NCBI GenBank assembly: GCA_043751075.1
Contig: JAYVAI010000484.1
Span: forward strand, 1 to 47,173
DNA: 47,173 bases
From: Cyclobacteriaceae bacterium
GTDB taxonomy: Bacteria; Bacteroidota; Bacteroidia; Cytophagales; Cyclobacteriaceae
Direction of reading: 5' to 3'
A model generated the notes under the pieces. It searched no databases. It was given only the letters and a program-made list of their open reading frames with translations, and was not told where the DNA came from. The position numbers were made by a program, and so were the translations under genes. Numbering within the stretch: the stretch's first letter is position 1; each line of letters starts with the position of its first letter. Shown here piece after piece: positions 18,715 to 27,968 of this stretch.

Positions 18715-18894
18715 TGTCATTCCGGGCGAGGGGAGAATTTTTTTAAAATTGGTTCACAAGCAAACGAGACCTTGCCTACAGTCTAGGCAGGCCCGGAATC
18801 CCGTTAAGGTTTGCACCAATCTTTATCGGGATCGCGGGTCGAGTAGAATATTTTCAATACTGATAGAGGTTGGGCACCCTCGCCCGCGATGACA
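18715..18894. repeat. expanded REP/RPE-like element
   Basis: TGTCATTCCGGGCGAGGG…CCCGGAATC…GATCGCGGG…CCCTCGCCCGCGATGACA; same class as 2632-2705; ATGACATTTTCATTAA repeated at both sides. Confidence 0.7.
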
Positions 18895-19013
18895 TTTTCA
18901 TTAATTGGAAGTAACATGACAAAGTAGGATTAGGGATAGGTGGTGAATTGACCAATAAAAAGGTGGTGCCAGATGTTGTCTGATTAAATGTAGTTTGGTT
19001 TTAAGTTCAATCA

Positions 19014-19021
19014 TACATTTG
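19014..19021 (+). promoter_or_regulatory. Bacteroidota -7 element
   Basis: TACATTTG upstream of ATG 19041. Confidence 0.5.
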
Positions 19022-19040
19022 TAAAAAACTCAGCAAGTAA

Positions 19041-19655
19041 ATGGAAACAGAAAACACGAAGCCGGAAAGTAACTTCAAATATAAAGATGGCAAGAAACTT
19101 TATCTGGATGAATATTTTAAAGACAAAACCTTTTTACAAAAGATAAAATCGAAACTATCGTATTGGCGAACCAAAACTCTATACTCTTGGTACGACTTAA
19201 AGAACGGCATTAAATCGATGTTCCGTTGGAGAAAAGCAACTTGGAATGACCGGACTTGGGGGCATTCTCAGATTATCACCATACTCATTTTTAAAATAAA
19301 AATGGATCGCGATGCTATCAAGAGCCGGGATATTCTGGAAGGAACTGACGCTAGGATTGAAAGTATGACCCAAGTGATCGCATTGCTGGAGAAATACAAC
19401 TCCTTTGATTATGATGAAGAATTCAGGATTGGGCATGAGGCAAAATGGGGAAAGGATAGGCACTATTTCATAGAGTTGGAAGATGGCAATTTTGAATGGA
19501 AAAGTGAAAGGGACGATGAATTGGCAGAGGATAAACTTAAAATAGAGCAAGATGAGCATCTGAAAAATATGGAGGCCGCTGAACAATTAAAAAAAAGAGA
19601 TTTAGACGAAGCTTTTACTATTATGAAGCAGGAGCTTGACAATTGGTGGGATTAA
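19041..19655 (+). CDS. hypothetical protein, AT-rich, charged and Trp-rich
   Basis: 204 aa ORF with a promoter motif; no family recognised. Confidence 0.75.
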   Translation: METENTKPESNFKYKDGKKLYLDEYFKDKTFLQKIKSKLSYWRTKTLYSWYDLKNGIKSMFRWRKATWNDRTWGHSQIITILIFKIKMDRDAIKSRDILEGTDARIESMTQVIALLEKYNSFDYDEEFRIGHEAKWGKDRHYFIELEDGNFEWKSERDDELAEDKLKIEQDEHLKNMEAAEQLKKRDLDEAFTIMKQELDNWWD

Positions 19656-19664
19656 ATTGGATAT

Positions 19665-19806
19665 CCATTGTTGATGTTGGTCAAAAAATAAAGTTGTTGA
19701 CCCACAACTGGGAGAAACTTCAATTTAGTCCCTCTCTCAGAATTGAGACGGGGGAAAAAATGAAGATTTGAAAAGAGTTGGTCAGGCGACCAACTCTAAC
19801 AAAGGG
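19665..19806 (+). repeat. ~140 bp dispersed repeat, copy B
   Basis: Direct repeat of 18315-18476; internal hairpin GAGTTGGTC-AGGC-GACCAACTC. Confidence 0.9.
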
Positions 19807-19822
19807 TGTGAGCCTTGTATAA

Positions 19823-22228
19823 TTATTCTTTCCGCAACGAATCCACCGGATTGACCGTGGCCGCCTTCAACGATCGGTAGCCAACCGTGATGATTGCGAT
19901 CAAGAAAGTAACACCCAATCCCGTAAGGAAAATGACCGGACCGATTTTGATTTTATACTCAAAATCATTGAGCCATTGATTCATCACATAGCCGGCAAGG
20001 GGCGCGGCCAAAGCAAAACCGATAACTATCAACTTCACATACTCTTTTGAGAAAAGCATTACGATGCTCTGCACCGAAGCGCCCAGCACCTTTCTCACGC
20101 CTATCTCTTTTGTTTTTTGGTTGGCCATAAAAGTAGCCAGTCCAAACAAGCCGAGGCATCCGATAAAAATTGCGATGGAAGTAAAAATGCTCAGCATGAA
20201 CGACATCTTCTCCTCACGTGCATAAAACTCTTTGATCTCGTCATCTAAAAATTTATACGAGAAAATAAATGCCGGATAAGTTGCCTCCCACTTTTGCTGC
20301 ACTTGTTTGATGGTTTCTTGTAAATCCACAGGATGGATTTTTAGTGAAAGTGTTTCGTACCTGCGAATGCGGTTGTACAGCATGGTGGCCTCGATGGGTT
20401 CATGCAACGACAGGGTATGAAAATCTTTTATAACACCAACAACGGGCAATGTTAACCCATTAGAGTTTAAATTTTTTCCTATGATTTCTTGTGGGTTGAG
20501 GTAGCCTACCAGGGTGGCCAGCTTTTCGTTCACGATGAATCCACGTGCCGTGTCCAAGTCGCCAATATTTTCGCCTGCAATCAACTTCAATCCATACAAG
20601 TCAACATAGTTATTGTCTATGATTTTTATCTGGGTGCCGTATTTATCGTCCTTTCCTTCCATTGAAAAATCCGTGGATTGCACATTGCCCGAAGAGGGCG
20701 GTGTGTTGCTGAGGCTTGCCAGCTCAATGCCTTTTAACTTTAGCAATTCATCGCGCAGGGTGCGCATTTTACTGGATGCCCCTTTAAAACCAGAGCCTTC
20801 GTTTTCGGGAATGGGAACCGTGATGATGGCATCTTTCTTAAAACCCAAATCCTTATTTCGGAAATAATCCATCTGGGTGATAAGCACAATCGTGCCTATG
20901 ATAAAAAATTGGGAAATGAAAAATTGAAGCACCACCAAACTTCTGCGCAGCAAAAAGCCGGATGAGTTTTTATTGTTCATTTTATTTTTGATGGCGAATA
21001 TCGGCTTGAACCCCGAAACGATCAGTGCCGGATAAAGCCCTGAAAGGATGCACACGAAAATGGTAACACCCGAAAGATATATCCACAGGCTTGCGTCATT
21101 CAAAAAATCCAAAGCGATGGTTGATTCAAGAAAAGGATTGAGGAAACTCAATGCCAGTTGTGCAAACCCAATAGCCAACAATACGGCTAAAATTGCAACT
21201 AAGCTCGACTCACCCAAAAATTGTGCGATCAACTGCCCACGCGAGCTGCCCAACGTTTTGCGTATGCCCACCTCCTTCGATCGTTTGATGGACTCGGCCG
21301 TAACCAAATTGATAAAATTGATGCACGCGGTGATGATGAGAAAAATACCGATCACCGTAAGGGCTGCCAGCATTGGGCGCTTGGTGGTGTTGTAATTATA
21401 ATTGCCATAGCGGCTGTCGAAATGGATATCACCTAACGGCTGCATTTCATAAACAATATTGTCGGTGTTTTCTCCATAGTGCTTTTTGGCGAACGCAGGC
21501 AACCTTCGTTCTACCTCAGTGATGCTTGCCTCTTGTTTTAGCAAAAAATAACATTGCTCATCGCTCCAGATTCCATTCCAACCTATTTCGTCTTTCTCCT
21601 TTTTGATGGTAACATACGATAGTATCACATCGAAGGGGATGTCCGTGTTGGCAGGATAATCGTCCATGATAGCCGTCACTTTAAAATCCTTGGTCTCGAA
21701 ACTGAGCACTTCACCGATGGCATCCTCCTTGCCAAAATATTTGATCGCATATTTTTTCGACAGCACAGCTTCGTTGGGCGCATCCAAACTTTTCTCCACA
21801 TCGCCCATTAAAATGGTGCGGTCGAATACTTTAAAAAAATTGGGCTGAGTGTAAGCGATCCCCTTGCCCTCATCATATTTTTTGGGTTCGCCTTGTGCTT
21901 GGGTAATGGTAACCAGGGCGCCATTGCCACGGTAAGAAGTAAAAATCACTTCCTCGGTTTCGGGGAAATCCGTGCGAAATGCATCGGGCAAAGCAGGCGG
22001 AACACCTACCGAATAACCCCTTCCTTGATTGCCATCGAAGCTGAAAACCATTCGGTAAATGCGATCGCGCTTGGAATGAAAATCATCAAAACTTGATTGC
22101 TGCCTTACCAACAAGAAAAGGATAAGACTGGTGGTGACACCGAGCGTGAGACCAGAAAGGTTGATTAGTGTACTTGTTTTGGATCGCCAAAGATTGCGAA
22201 AGGCGGTGACGATGTAATTTTTTAGCAT
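19823..22228 (-). CDS. ABC transporter permease (MacB/FtsX-like, Bacteroidota type)
   Basis: MLKNY…AFRNL, IACINFINL…KEVGIRKTLGS, CLGLFGL…KTKEIGVRKVLGAS, NPVDSLR. Confidence 0.93.
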   Translation of the reverse strand: MLKNYIVTAFRNLWRSKTSTLINLSGLTLGVTTSLILFLLVRQQSSFDDFHSKRDRIYRMVFSFDGNQGRGYSVGVPPALPDAFRTDFPETEEVIFTSYRGNGALVTITQAQGEPKKYDEGKGIAYTQPNFFKVFDRTILMGDVEKSLDAPNEAVLSKKYAIKYFGKEDAIGEVLSFETKDFKVTAIMDDYPANTDIPFDVILSYVTIKKEKDEIGWNGIWSDEQCYFLLKQEASITEVERRLPAFAKKHYGENTDNIVYEMQPLGDIHFDSRYGNYNYNTTKRPMLAALTVIGIFLIITACINFINLVTAESIKRSKEVGIRKTLGSSRGQLIAQFLGESSLVAILAVLLAIGFAQLALSFLNPFLESTIALDFLNDASLWIYLSGVTIFVCILSGLYPALIVSGFKPIFAIKNKMNNKNSSGFLLRRSLVVLQFFISQFFIIGTIVLITQMDYFRNKDLGFKKDAIITVPIPENEGSGFKGASSKMRTLRDELLKLKGIELASLSNTPPSSGNVQSTDFSMEGKDDKYGTQIKIIDNNYVDLYGLKLIAGENIGDLDTARGFIVNEKLATLVGYLNPQEIIGKNLNSNGLTLPVVGVIKDFHTLSLHEPIEATMLYNRIRRYETLSLKIHPVDLQETIKQVQQKWEATYPAFIFSYKFLDDEIKEFYAREEKMSFMLSIFTSIAIFIGCLGLFGLATFMANQKTKEIGVRKVLGASVQSIVMLFSKEYVKLIVIGFALAAPLAGYVMNQWLNDFEYKIKIGPVIFLTGLGVTFLIAIITVGYRSLKAATVNPVDSLRKE

Positions 22229-22404
22229 GGCATCTTTATTTTTACTTGATGATAAATCTTCTTATTAAAAAGTTGAGATGGTCACCTCTTTCCAATATCA
22301 ATGCCAAGGGCAAATCATCCAATAGGCTGTGTTTTTGAACACTATAAAAAATCAATGCGTTCAAAATTGATCGAACAAGTCCGTAATCGGACGTTGAGAG
22401 GCTC

Positions 22405-22437
22405 AGACCTTCAAAGTTTTTGAAACCTTGAAGGTCT
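22405..22437. repeat. REP family B hairpin
   Basis: AGACCTTCAAAGTTTTTGAAACCTTGAAGGTCT. Confidence 0.75.
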
Positions 22438-22455
22438 TTTAGTTATCTTTGAGGC

Positions 22456-22614
22456 ATGATCCAACAAATCTTGATCGCACTTATTTTTTTTGGGGCCGCC
22501 TTTTATTTGGGCCGCATGGTCTATCGCTCCTTTCAGGCAAAAAATGCTTGCACTTCGGGCTGCGGCAAATGTGCGGCTGCCGATTTAAAGAAGATTGAAA
22601 AGGCTATCAGGTAA
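22456..22614 (+). CDS. FeoB-associated Cys-rich small membrane protein (not in ORF track)
   Basis: MIQQILIALIFFGAAFYLGRMVYRSFQAKNACTSGCGKCAAADLKKIEKAIR; TATCTTTG promoter motif at 22444-22451. Confidence 0.8.
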   Translation: MIQQILIALIFFGAAFYLGRMVYRSFQAKNACTSGCGKCAAADLKKIEKAIR

Positions 22615-22668
22615 TTTTTACTAATCATATCGTCCCCGAGGCGGGAGACGATACTTGACACAAAAATA

Positions 22669-23691
22669 TCAAGCCCACACCTTCGTGCCCTCCGTACAAT
22701 TGCGGCACATTTCTATTTCATTCCGCGATCGTAAAAGAGAGGCCCTGAACGAATTGTACTTTTCGCTTTGCCAGATTTCTTTAAAAGTTTGCTGGGCCAA
22801 ATCGCCCATCACATGGTGCGCATCTTTGTCGAAACAGCAGGGCACTACTTTTCCGTCCCAGGTTACCACGCAACTATGCCACATTTTCCAGCAATGGTTC
22901 AATAATTCATTTTTGATTGTGTACTGACCATCCTCCTCTTTTTTGTACCGCGAATATTTGTCGATGGTGGGGATCAGATCAGAACCATTTTTGAAATCAT
23001 ATATCTGTGCCGTCTTCAAGGCCACGTGATCTACGCCAATTTCTTTCGCCAGGTTTTGCACTGCTTCAAGTTGATGTTCATTTTGTTTCACCACCAAAAA
23101 CCGAAAAACCACAAACGGTGAAATCGACTTTAATTCTTTTTTCCATCGGATGATATTTTTTGCGCCCTCCACTACTTTGTCCAAGTTGCCTCCGATGCGA
23201 TACGATTGATAGGTCTCCTGGGTGGTGCCATCAATGGAGATAATCAACCGGTCCAATCCGGATTGAACAGTACGCTTGGCCATCTCATCAGTTAAATAAT
23301 GCGCGTTGGTAGAGGTGGCCGTGTAAATTTTTTTGGAGACGGCATATCGTACAAGATCAAGAAACTGCGGATGCAAATAGGGCTCGCCTTGAAAATAAAA
23401 AATCAGGTACGACAAGGTGCTCTGCAATTCATCGATTACCTTCCTGAATAATTCTTCTTTCAACATTCCTGTTGGCCGTGTAAAAGATCGTAACCCAGAC
23501 GGGCACTCGGGGCAACGCAAATTGCAAGAAGTGGTGGGCTCAACGGAAATGCTGAACGGCAAGGCCCAATGAGTTGGCTTGCCCACAAAACGTGAATAGT
23601 GATAGCTCGACAACACGCCCGATGCATTGAGCAAGCGGGAGGGAGTCATTTTCTTTGTTAAGTTCCAGGTGTCGCGAAGGTTTCCAATCAT
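22669..23691 (-). CDS. radical SAM protein with SPASM/twitch domain
   Basis: CNLRCPEC (CxxxCxxC), QGEP, CWKMW…GKVVPCCFD…CRNC. Confidence 0.92.
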   Translation of the reverse strand: MIGNLRDTWNLTKKMTPSRLLNASGVLSSYHYSRFVGKPTHWALPFSISVEPTTSCNLRCPECPSGLRSFTRPTGMLKEELFRKVIDELQSTLSYLIFYFQGEPYLHPQFLDLVRYAVSKKIYTATSTNAHYLTDEMAKRTVQSGLDRLIISIDGTTQETYQSYRIGGNLDKVVEGAKNIIRWKKELKSISPFVVFRFLVVKQNEHQLEAVQNLAKEIGVDHVALKTAQIYDFKNGSDLIPTIDKYSRYKKEEDGQYTIKNELLNHCWKMWHSCVVTWDGKVVPCCFDKDAHHVMGDLAQQTFKEIWQSEKYNSFRASLLRSRNEIEMCRNCTEGTKVWA

Positions 23692-23757
23692 GGCAAGTGT
23701 TTCAAAATTACCGTTTACAAATCGATTGTCTTATCTTTAAACCCACTTATTTATGCG

Positions 23758-24906
23758 ATGAGAAAAATTGTTTTAATACTCCTTCTTTTTTTTTCCTTCT
23801 GTGCACATTCGAACGGCCAATCCCTTTCCGAGGAGGCAACGATCTCGCTCATCACCATCGGGCCCACCCAGCAAGCCTTGTATTCCGCTTTTGGCCATAG
23901 CGGATTTCGTGTGCACGACCCGAACCTGCAAATAGATTTTTTCTACAACTATGGAGTGTTCAATTTCAATCAGCCCAACTTCTATTTGAATTTTGCGCGT
24001 GGCATCAACTACTATCAATTAGGTGTTGATGAGTATCCGCTTTACCGCGATCACTACATACGCGAAAACCGGTTTATCCACGAACAAATCCTGAACCTTA
24101 CTCCATTGCAAAAGCAACGTGTTTTTGATTTCCTCCAGTGGAATGCATTGGCGGAGAATAAACTTTACCTCTACGATTACTTTTACGACAACTGTGCAAC
24201 CCGCCCGCGCGATGTGTTAAAAAAAGTGTTGGCCGAGAACATTATTTTTGATGAGACCCCGGAGAAAAAGCCAATCACCATCCGCGGACTTACCGACATA
24301 TATTTGCAACAGCAACCGTGGGGAGATTTGGGCATCGACATCTGCCTGGGCTTGCCCATGGACAAAACAGCTGGCCGAACTGACTATATGTTCCTGCCCG
24401 ACAGTTTGGAATCGGGCTTTGACAGGGCCAAAGTAAAATCAGACAGTGCCTGGGCTCCATTAGTGGCAAAGAAAATTGAAGTGTTTGCGGGCCAGCCAAC
24501 TGATGTTCCGTTTTCCGCTTTTCATCCGTGGATTGTGTTTGGGTCAATCACTATTCTCATACTCGCTATTTCGTTTAATGATATCAGAAGAAATAAATTG
24601 TCCGCGTGGTTGGACCATATATTATTTCTTTCTACCGGAGCGATTGGCCTCTTGCTGCTTTTGCTCTGGACGATCACCAGCCATAAAGCTGCGGCCAACA
24701 ATCTGAATATTTTGTGGGCATTGCCTACCAATTTGGTTTTTCCATTTATAGGTAAACTCAGGAAGAAATATTTTTTGATGGCAACAATCCTAACCATTGG
24801 GCTCCTGCTGGTTTGGTTTTTATTGCCACAACAATTGCATGTATTTCTTATCCCGTTGGTAGTGGCGTTAGGAGCGCGGTATTGGGTGAACTTTAAACTG
24901 AGGTAA
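23758..24906 (+). CDS. DUF4105 protein, probable Lnb-type lipoprotein N-acyltransferase
   Basis: YSAFGHS, YNYGVFNF, YDYFYDNCATR, MFLP; C-terminal TM helices. Confidence 0.8.
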   Translation: MRKIVLILLLFFSFCAHSNGQSLSEEATISLITIGPTQQALYSAFGHSGFRVHDPNLQIDFFYNYGVFNFNQPNFYLNFARGINYYQLGVDEYPLYRDHYIRENRFIHEQILNLTPLQKQRVFDFLQWNALAENKLYLYDYFYDNCATRPRDVLKKVLAENIIFDETPEKKPITIRGLTDIYLQQQPWGDLGIDICLGLPMDKTAGRTDYMFLPDSLESGFDRAKVKSDSAWAPLVAKKIEVFAGQPTDVPFSAFHPWIVFGSITILILAISFNDIRRNKLSAWLDHILFLSTGAIGLLLLLLWTITSHKAAANNLNILWALPTNLVFPFIGKLRKKYFLMATILTIGLLLVWFLLPQQLHVFLIPLVVALGARYWVNFKLR

Positions 24907-24986
24907 TATGCTAACATGATAGGCACTGATATTCCATCCCGTTCAATTTAAAAAATCAAAATCGCCAACCAATAGCGAGCACCTAC

Positions 24987-25748
24987 ATGACCAACCAACG
25001 AACCGCCCTCATCACCGGTGCCACCTCGGGGATAGGCGAAGCCACCGCACGCCTGCTGGCCGCCAATAATTTTAAGATTATCCTATGTGGAAGAAGGAAA
25101 GACCGGCTTCAAAAGTTAGAGAAGGAATTAAAAACACACACTGAAATCACCACACTTTCATTTGATGTGCGCAACCAAAAAGCAGTGGCCACAGCCATTG
25201 CCTCTCTGCAAAACGAATGGAAGGAAATAGACGTGCTCATCAACAATGCCGGCAATGCACACGGATTGGCACCCATACAAACAGGCAGCCTTGAAGATTG
25301 GGATGCGATGATCGACATCAACGTAAAAGGACTTCTGTATGTAACCAAAGAAGTGTTGCCCGTGATGGTGAAGCGCAACGCAGGCCACATCATCAACATC
25401 GGTTCGGTGGCTGGCAAGGAAGTATATACCAATGGCAACGTGTATTGTGCCAGCAAATTTGCCGTGGATGCGCTCACCGCAGGCATGCGCATGGATTTGA
25501 ACCCACACCACATAAAAGTGACGGCCATCCATCCCGGATTGGTAGAAACAGAATTTTCAAAAATCCGCTTTAAAGGAGACGAAGAGCGTGCCGCCAATGT
25601 GTATAAAGGAATGGAACCTTTGCATGGGCCCGATGTTGCCGAGGTGATTTTGTTTGTGCTCACCCGCCCTGCCCATGTAATGATTGCCGATCTGGTGGTG
25701 TTGCCTACCGCGCAGGCAAGCGCCACGGTGGTGAAGAGAAGCAGTTGA
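24987..25748 (+). CDS. SDR oxidoreductase (YdfG-like)
   Basis: TGATSGIG, NNAG, YCASK, PGLVETEFS. Confidence 0.92.
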   Translation: MTNQRTALITGATSGIGEATARLLAANNFKIILCGRRKDRLQKLEKELKTHTEITTLSFDVRNQKAVATAIASLQNEWKEIDVLINNAGNAHGLAPIQTGSLEDWDAMIDINVKGLLYVTKEVLPVMVKRNAGHIINIGSVAGKEVYTNGNVYCASKFAVDALTAGMRMDLNPHHIKVTAIHPGLVETEFSKIRFKGDEERAANVYKGMEPLHGPDVAEVILFVLTRPAHVMIADLVVLPTAQASATVVKRSS

Positions 25749-25752
25749 GTGA

Positions 25753-26043
25753 TTACAACCGTCCGATAAACTCGCTCACAATTTCCTTCCACTCTTTCTC
25801 CAACGAATATGCAGGCATGGTTCGCTTGGCACGGGCATACCAATAGTGTGCATTCGGTTGATCGCCTTCTTTTCTATGCAAATAAGCATGCACCCAGGAG
25901 CCATCTTGCGTGTTCACATCTTGTGCCAGGTCATGCGCTTTATCCCAATCGCCACGGGCATCGTGCCACAGCGATTGCAGAAGCACAGGCACGTGTGGTG
26001 GAGAAGGATTTTTTAATGAGGTTTTGAATTCTGTTGGGGTCAC
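25753..26043 (-). CDS. conserved hypothetical protein
   Basis: GDWDKAHDLAQ…WVHAYLHRKEGD…NAHYWY motif. Confidence 0.8.
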   Translation of the reverse strand: MTPTEFKTSLKNPSPPHVPVLLQSLWHDARGDWDKAHDLAQDVNTQDGSWVHAYLHRKEGDQPNAHYWYARAKRTMPAYSLEKEWKEIVSEFIGRL

Positions 26044-26079
26044 AATGCTATTACAGATTTTTAAATTTGGCCACCGGTC

Positions 26080-27078
26080 TCACTTCCTCTTCACCGGATA
26101 ATACACTTCCGTAATCCATTTGGCTGTATCCTTTTCCAGCATCGGGTCGGTAACATACACTTCCCACGGGGCACCGCTTTCAGTCAGGTTTTTGTATTGG
26201 ATGTACTTGGCAATTTCTTCGTGTATGGTCTGCATGTTGTCATAGTTTCCTTTGTGCGTGCCTTTCACGGCAAGGCCTCCTTCCGTTTGAGCAATTTTGT
26301 ATTTGGCCGGCACTTTTGCGTTGGCAGCCACGGGCATGGCACAAATCATGTCCATCGATTCCTCCGAATATTTTGGGTACAAACAAAAAGGATAACCCGC
26401 GATTTCAACTTTTGCTTTTTTTAATGCACCCTCCAACTCAGTGTACATCTTGCCCATTTGCATGCTGATGGCGGCCGGGTCTTTTGGGCTCATGGTGTGT
26501 GCGAGGCCCACATAACTTATGGAAGGCAAATTTTCCTCGGTGAGCGTATAAGTGAATTTTGGTTTTGCCTCGGCAATGGTTTTTATTTTTTCGCCCGCGT
26601 GGTCAAACGATTTTTCTATTTCGCCTTTCATGAAAACATTGATCCAATGGCCGATCGGGTTCATTCCAGCATCATTGGAGAAATTGAAATTTAATTTTGT
26701 GCCTTCACCCTCCCTTTCAAGTGTATATAAACCACTCGCTGGATTGTCAGAAAATTTCATTTCAATGGCAATGGATTTATCAGGAATGCTTTCTGTGATG
26801 GCCAGGGAGCCATCGCCAAGTTTAGGGCTTGTCCATGTATATGAAGAACCTGTCCCTTCTTTCTTTTCACCATACGTGATTTTCATGTCTGGGTCGAGTG
26901 TGTTCCAATATTGCCATGTTTCCCACCGTTCCAGGTTGTTGATCTCTTCAAAAACAGCCGGGGCAGCCGCGTTGATGGATACGCTCTTGGTGATATCTAA
27001 TTTGGCTGGGAGCACAAAGCCGATGAGCAGCAGCAGGACAATCAAGCCTGCGATAGCAAAAAGTATTTTTTTGATCAT
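26080..27078 (-). CDS. SRPBCC + GyrI-like domain protein
   Basis: N-terminal TM helix, START-like domain, HKGNYD…PWEVYVTDP…WITEVYYP. Confidence 0.85.
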   Translation of the reverse strand: MIKKILFAIAGLIVLLLLIGFVLPAKLDITKSVSINAAAPAVFEEINNLERWETWQYWNTLDPDMKITYGEKKEGTGSSYTWTSPKLGDGSLAITESIPDKSIAIEMKFSDNPASGLYTLEREGEGTKLNFNFSNDAGMNPIGHWINVFMKGEIEKSFDHAGEKIKTIAEAKPKFTYTLTEENLPSISYVGLAHTMSPKDPAAISMQMGKMYTELEGALKKAKVEIAGYPFCLYPKYSEESMDMICAMPVAANAKVPAKYKIAQTEGGLAVKGTHKGNYDNMQTIHEEIAKYIQYKNLTESGAPWEVYVTDPMLEKDTAKWITEVYYPVKRK

Positions 27079-27202
27079 GGTTTTTGAGTTTTGGGTTTAA
27101 AGATTTGCGAGGATGAAGGTAAAAAAAATAATAAGGGAATCAAAAGGTTTGCAATTGTGATAAAAAATTCAAAATTTAGCTTTCTCAATAACCCCTAAAC
27201 CA

Positions 27203-27673
27203 ATGAGTTTATTTACCAACCCAAACCGCATCCCAGAAAATTATGGTTTGAAAATAGCCGGTGGCCTGATCGCTTTTTTCTTGCTGATGAAAGTTACCGG
27301 CCTTGTGCACCACTACGAACTTCGCTTTCTCAATGTATTCATCCAGGTGGGTGGCATTTACTTTGCCTTGAGAAAATTCAATGATACGCACGGCATGCAC
27401 CTCAATTATTTTCGGGCATTGGTAACAGGCGTGGCTGCAGGCGCCATTGGGTCTGCATTGTTTGCGCTCTTTTTGTTCGGATATTTATCAATGGACAGCA
27501 GCCTTATGGATGACATTATTGCAAACGAACCCATGGGCCGATACCTCAATCCCTACATATCATCGTTCATGGTGGCTATCGAAGGTGTATTCTCAGGCTT
27601 TTTGTTCACCTTCATCCTTATCAACTTCCTCCAAACCGATGATGTAAACGATCCGCAGGGCGAAAGCAAGTAA
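27203..27673 (+). CDS. DUF4199-like membrane protein
   Basis: Four hydrophobic segments; ELRFLN motif. Confidence 0.7.
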   Translation: MSLFTNPNRIPENYGLKIAGGLIAFFLLMKVTGLVHHYELRFLNVFIQVGGIYFALRKFNDTHGMHLNYFRALVTGVAAGAIGSALFALFLFGYLSMDSSLMDDIIANEPMGRYLNPYISSFMVAIEGVFSGFLFTFILINFLQTDDVNDPQGESK

Positions 27674-27680
27674 ATTGCAA

Positions 27681-27738
27681 AACAGACCTATAAGGTTTCC
27701 AAAACCTTATAGGTCTGTTGTTGAAACCTTATAGGTCT
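27681..27738. repeat. REP family B hairpin plus an extra half-copy
   Basis: Perfect 18 bp stem AACAGACCTATAAGGTTT/AAACCTTATAGGTCTGTT, then AAACCTTATAGGTCT again. Confidence 0.85.
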
Positions 27739-27753
27739 ATTGAACAGTAGCAC

Positions 27754-27894
27754 TTACTTCACCTCTAATTCGATCACCGTATCTATTTCATTCCATTTGT
27801 CTTTGGGCACTTTCAGGCTCAGGCCAAAATCATTTTCCATAAACTTAACGGGTGTTTTGTCAATGAACAATTTTGCGCTTATTTGCTTTTTCAT
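27754..27894 (-). pseudogene. orphan C-terminal fragment, resembling a GH29 alpha-L-fucosidase tail
   Basis: MKKQISAKLFIDKTPVKFMENDFGLSLKVPKDKWNEIDTVIELEVK*. Confidence 0.55.
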
Positions 27895-27968
27895 GTGAAA
27901 AGGTATTTTGTAACTTTCCAAAATCTATAAGAAGTAAAGCGACTAATCAAGTACTATTATTTTCAACT

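Noticed and set aside
18418-18786. 122 aa ORF as a real gene
   Set aside because: It is a chimera of repeat sequence, the suhB tail and a REP element.
22456-23691. RiPP cluster (Cys-rich peptide plus radical SAM/SPASM)
   Set aside because: The genes are convergent, the peptide has a TM helix typical of FeoB-associated proteins, and no RRE or peptidase is evident.
25109-25843. 244 aa ORF antisense to the SDR gene
   Set aside because: Long antisense frames are common in SDR genes; no recognisable motifs.
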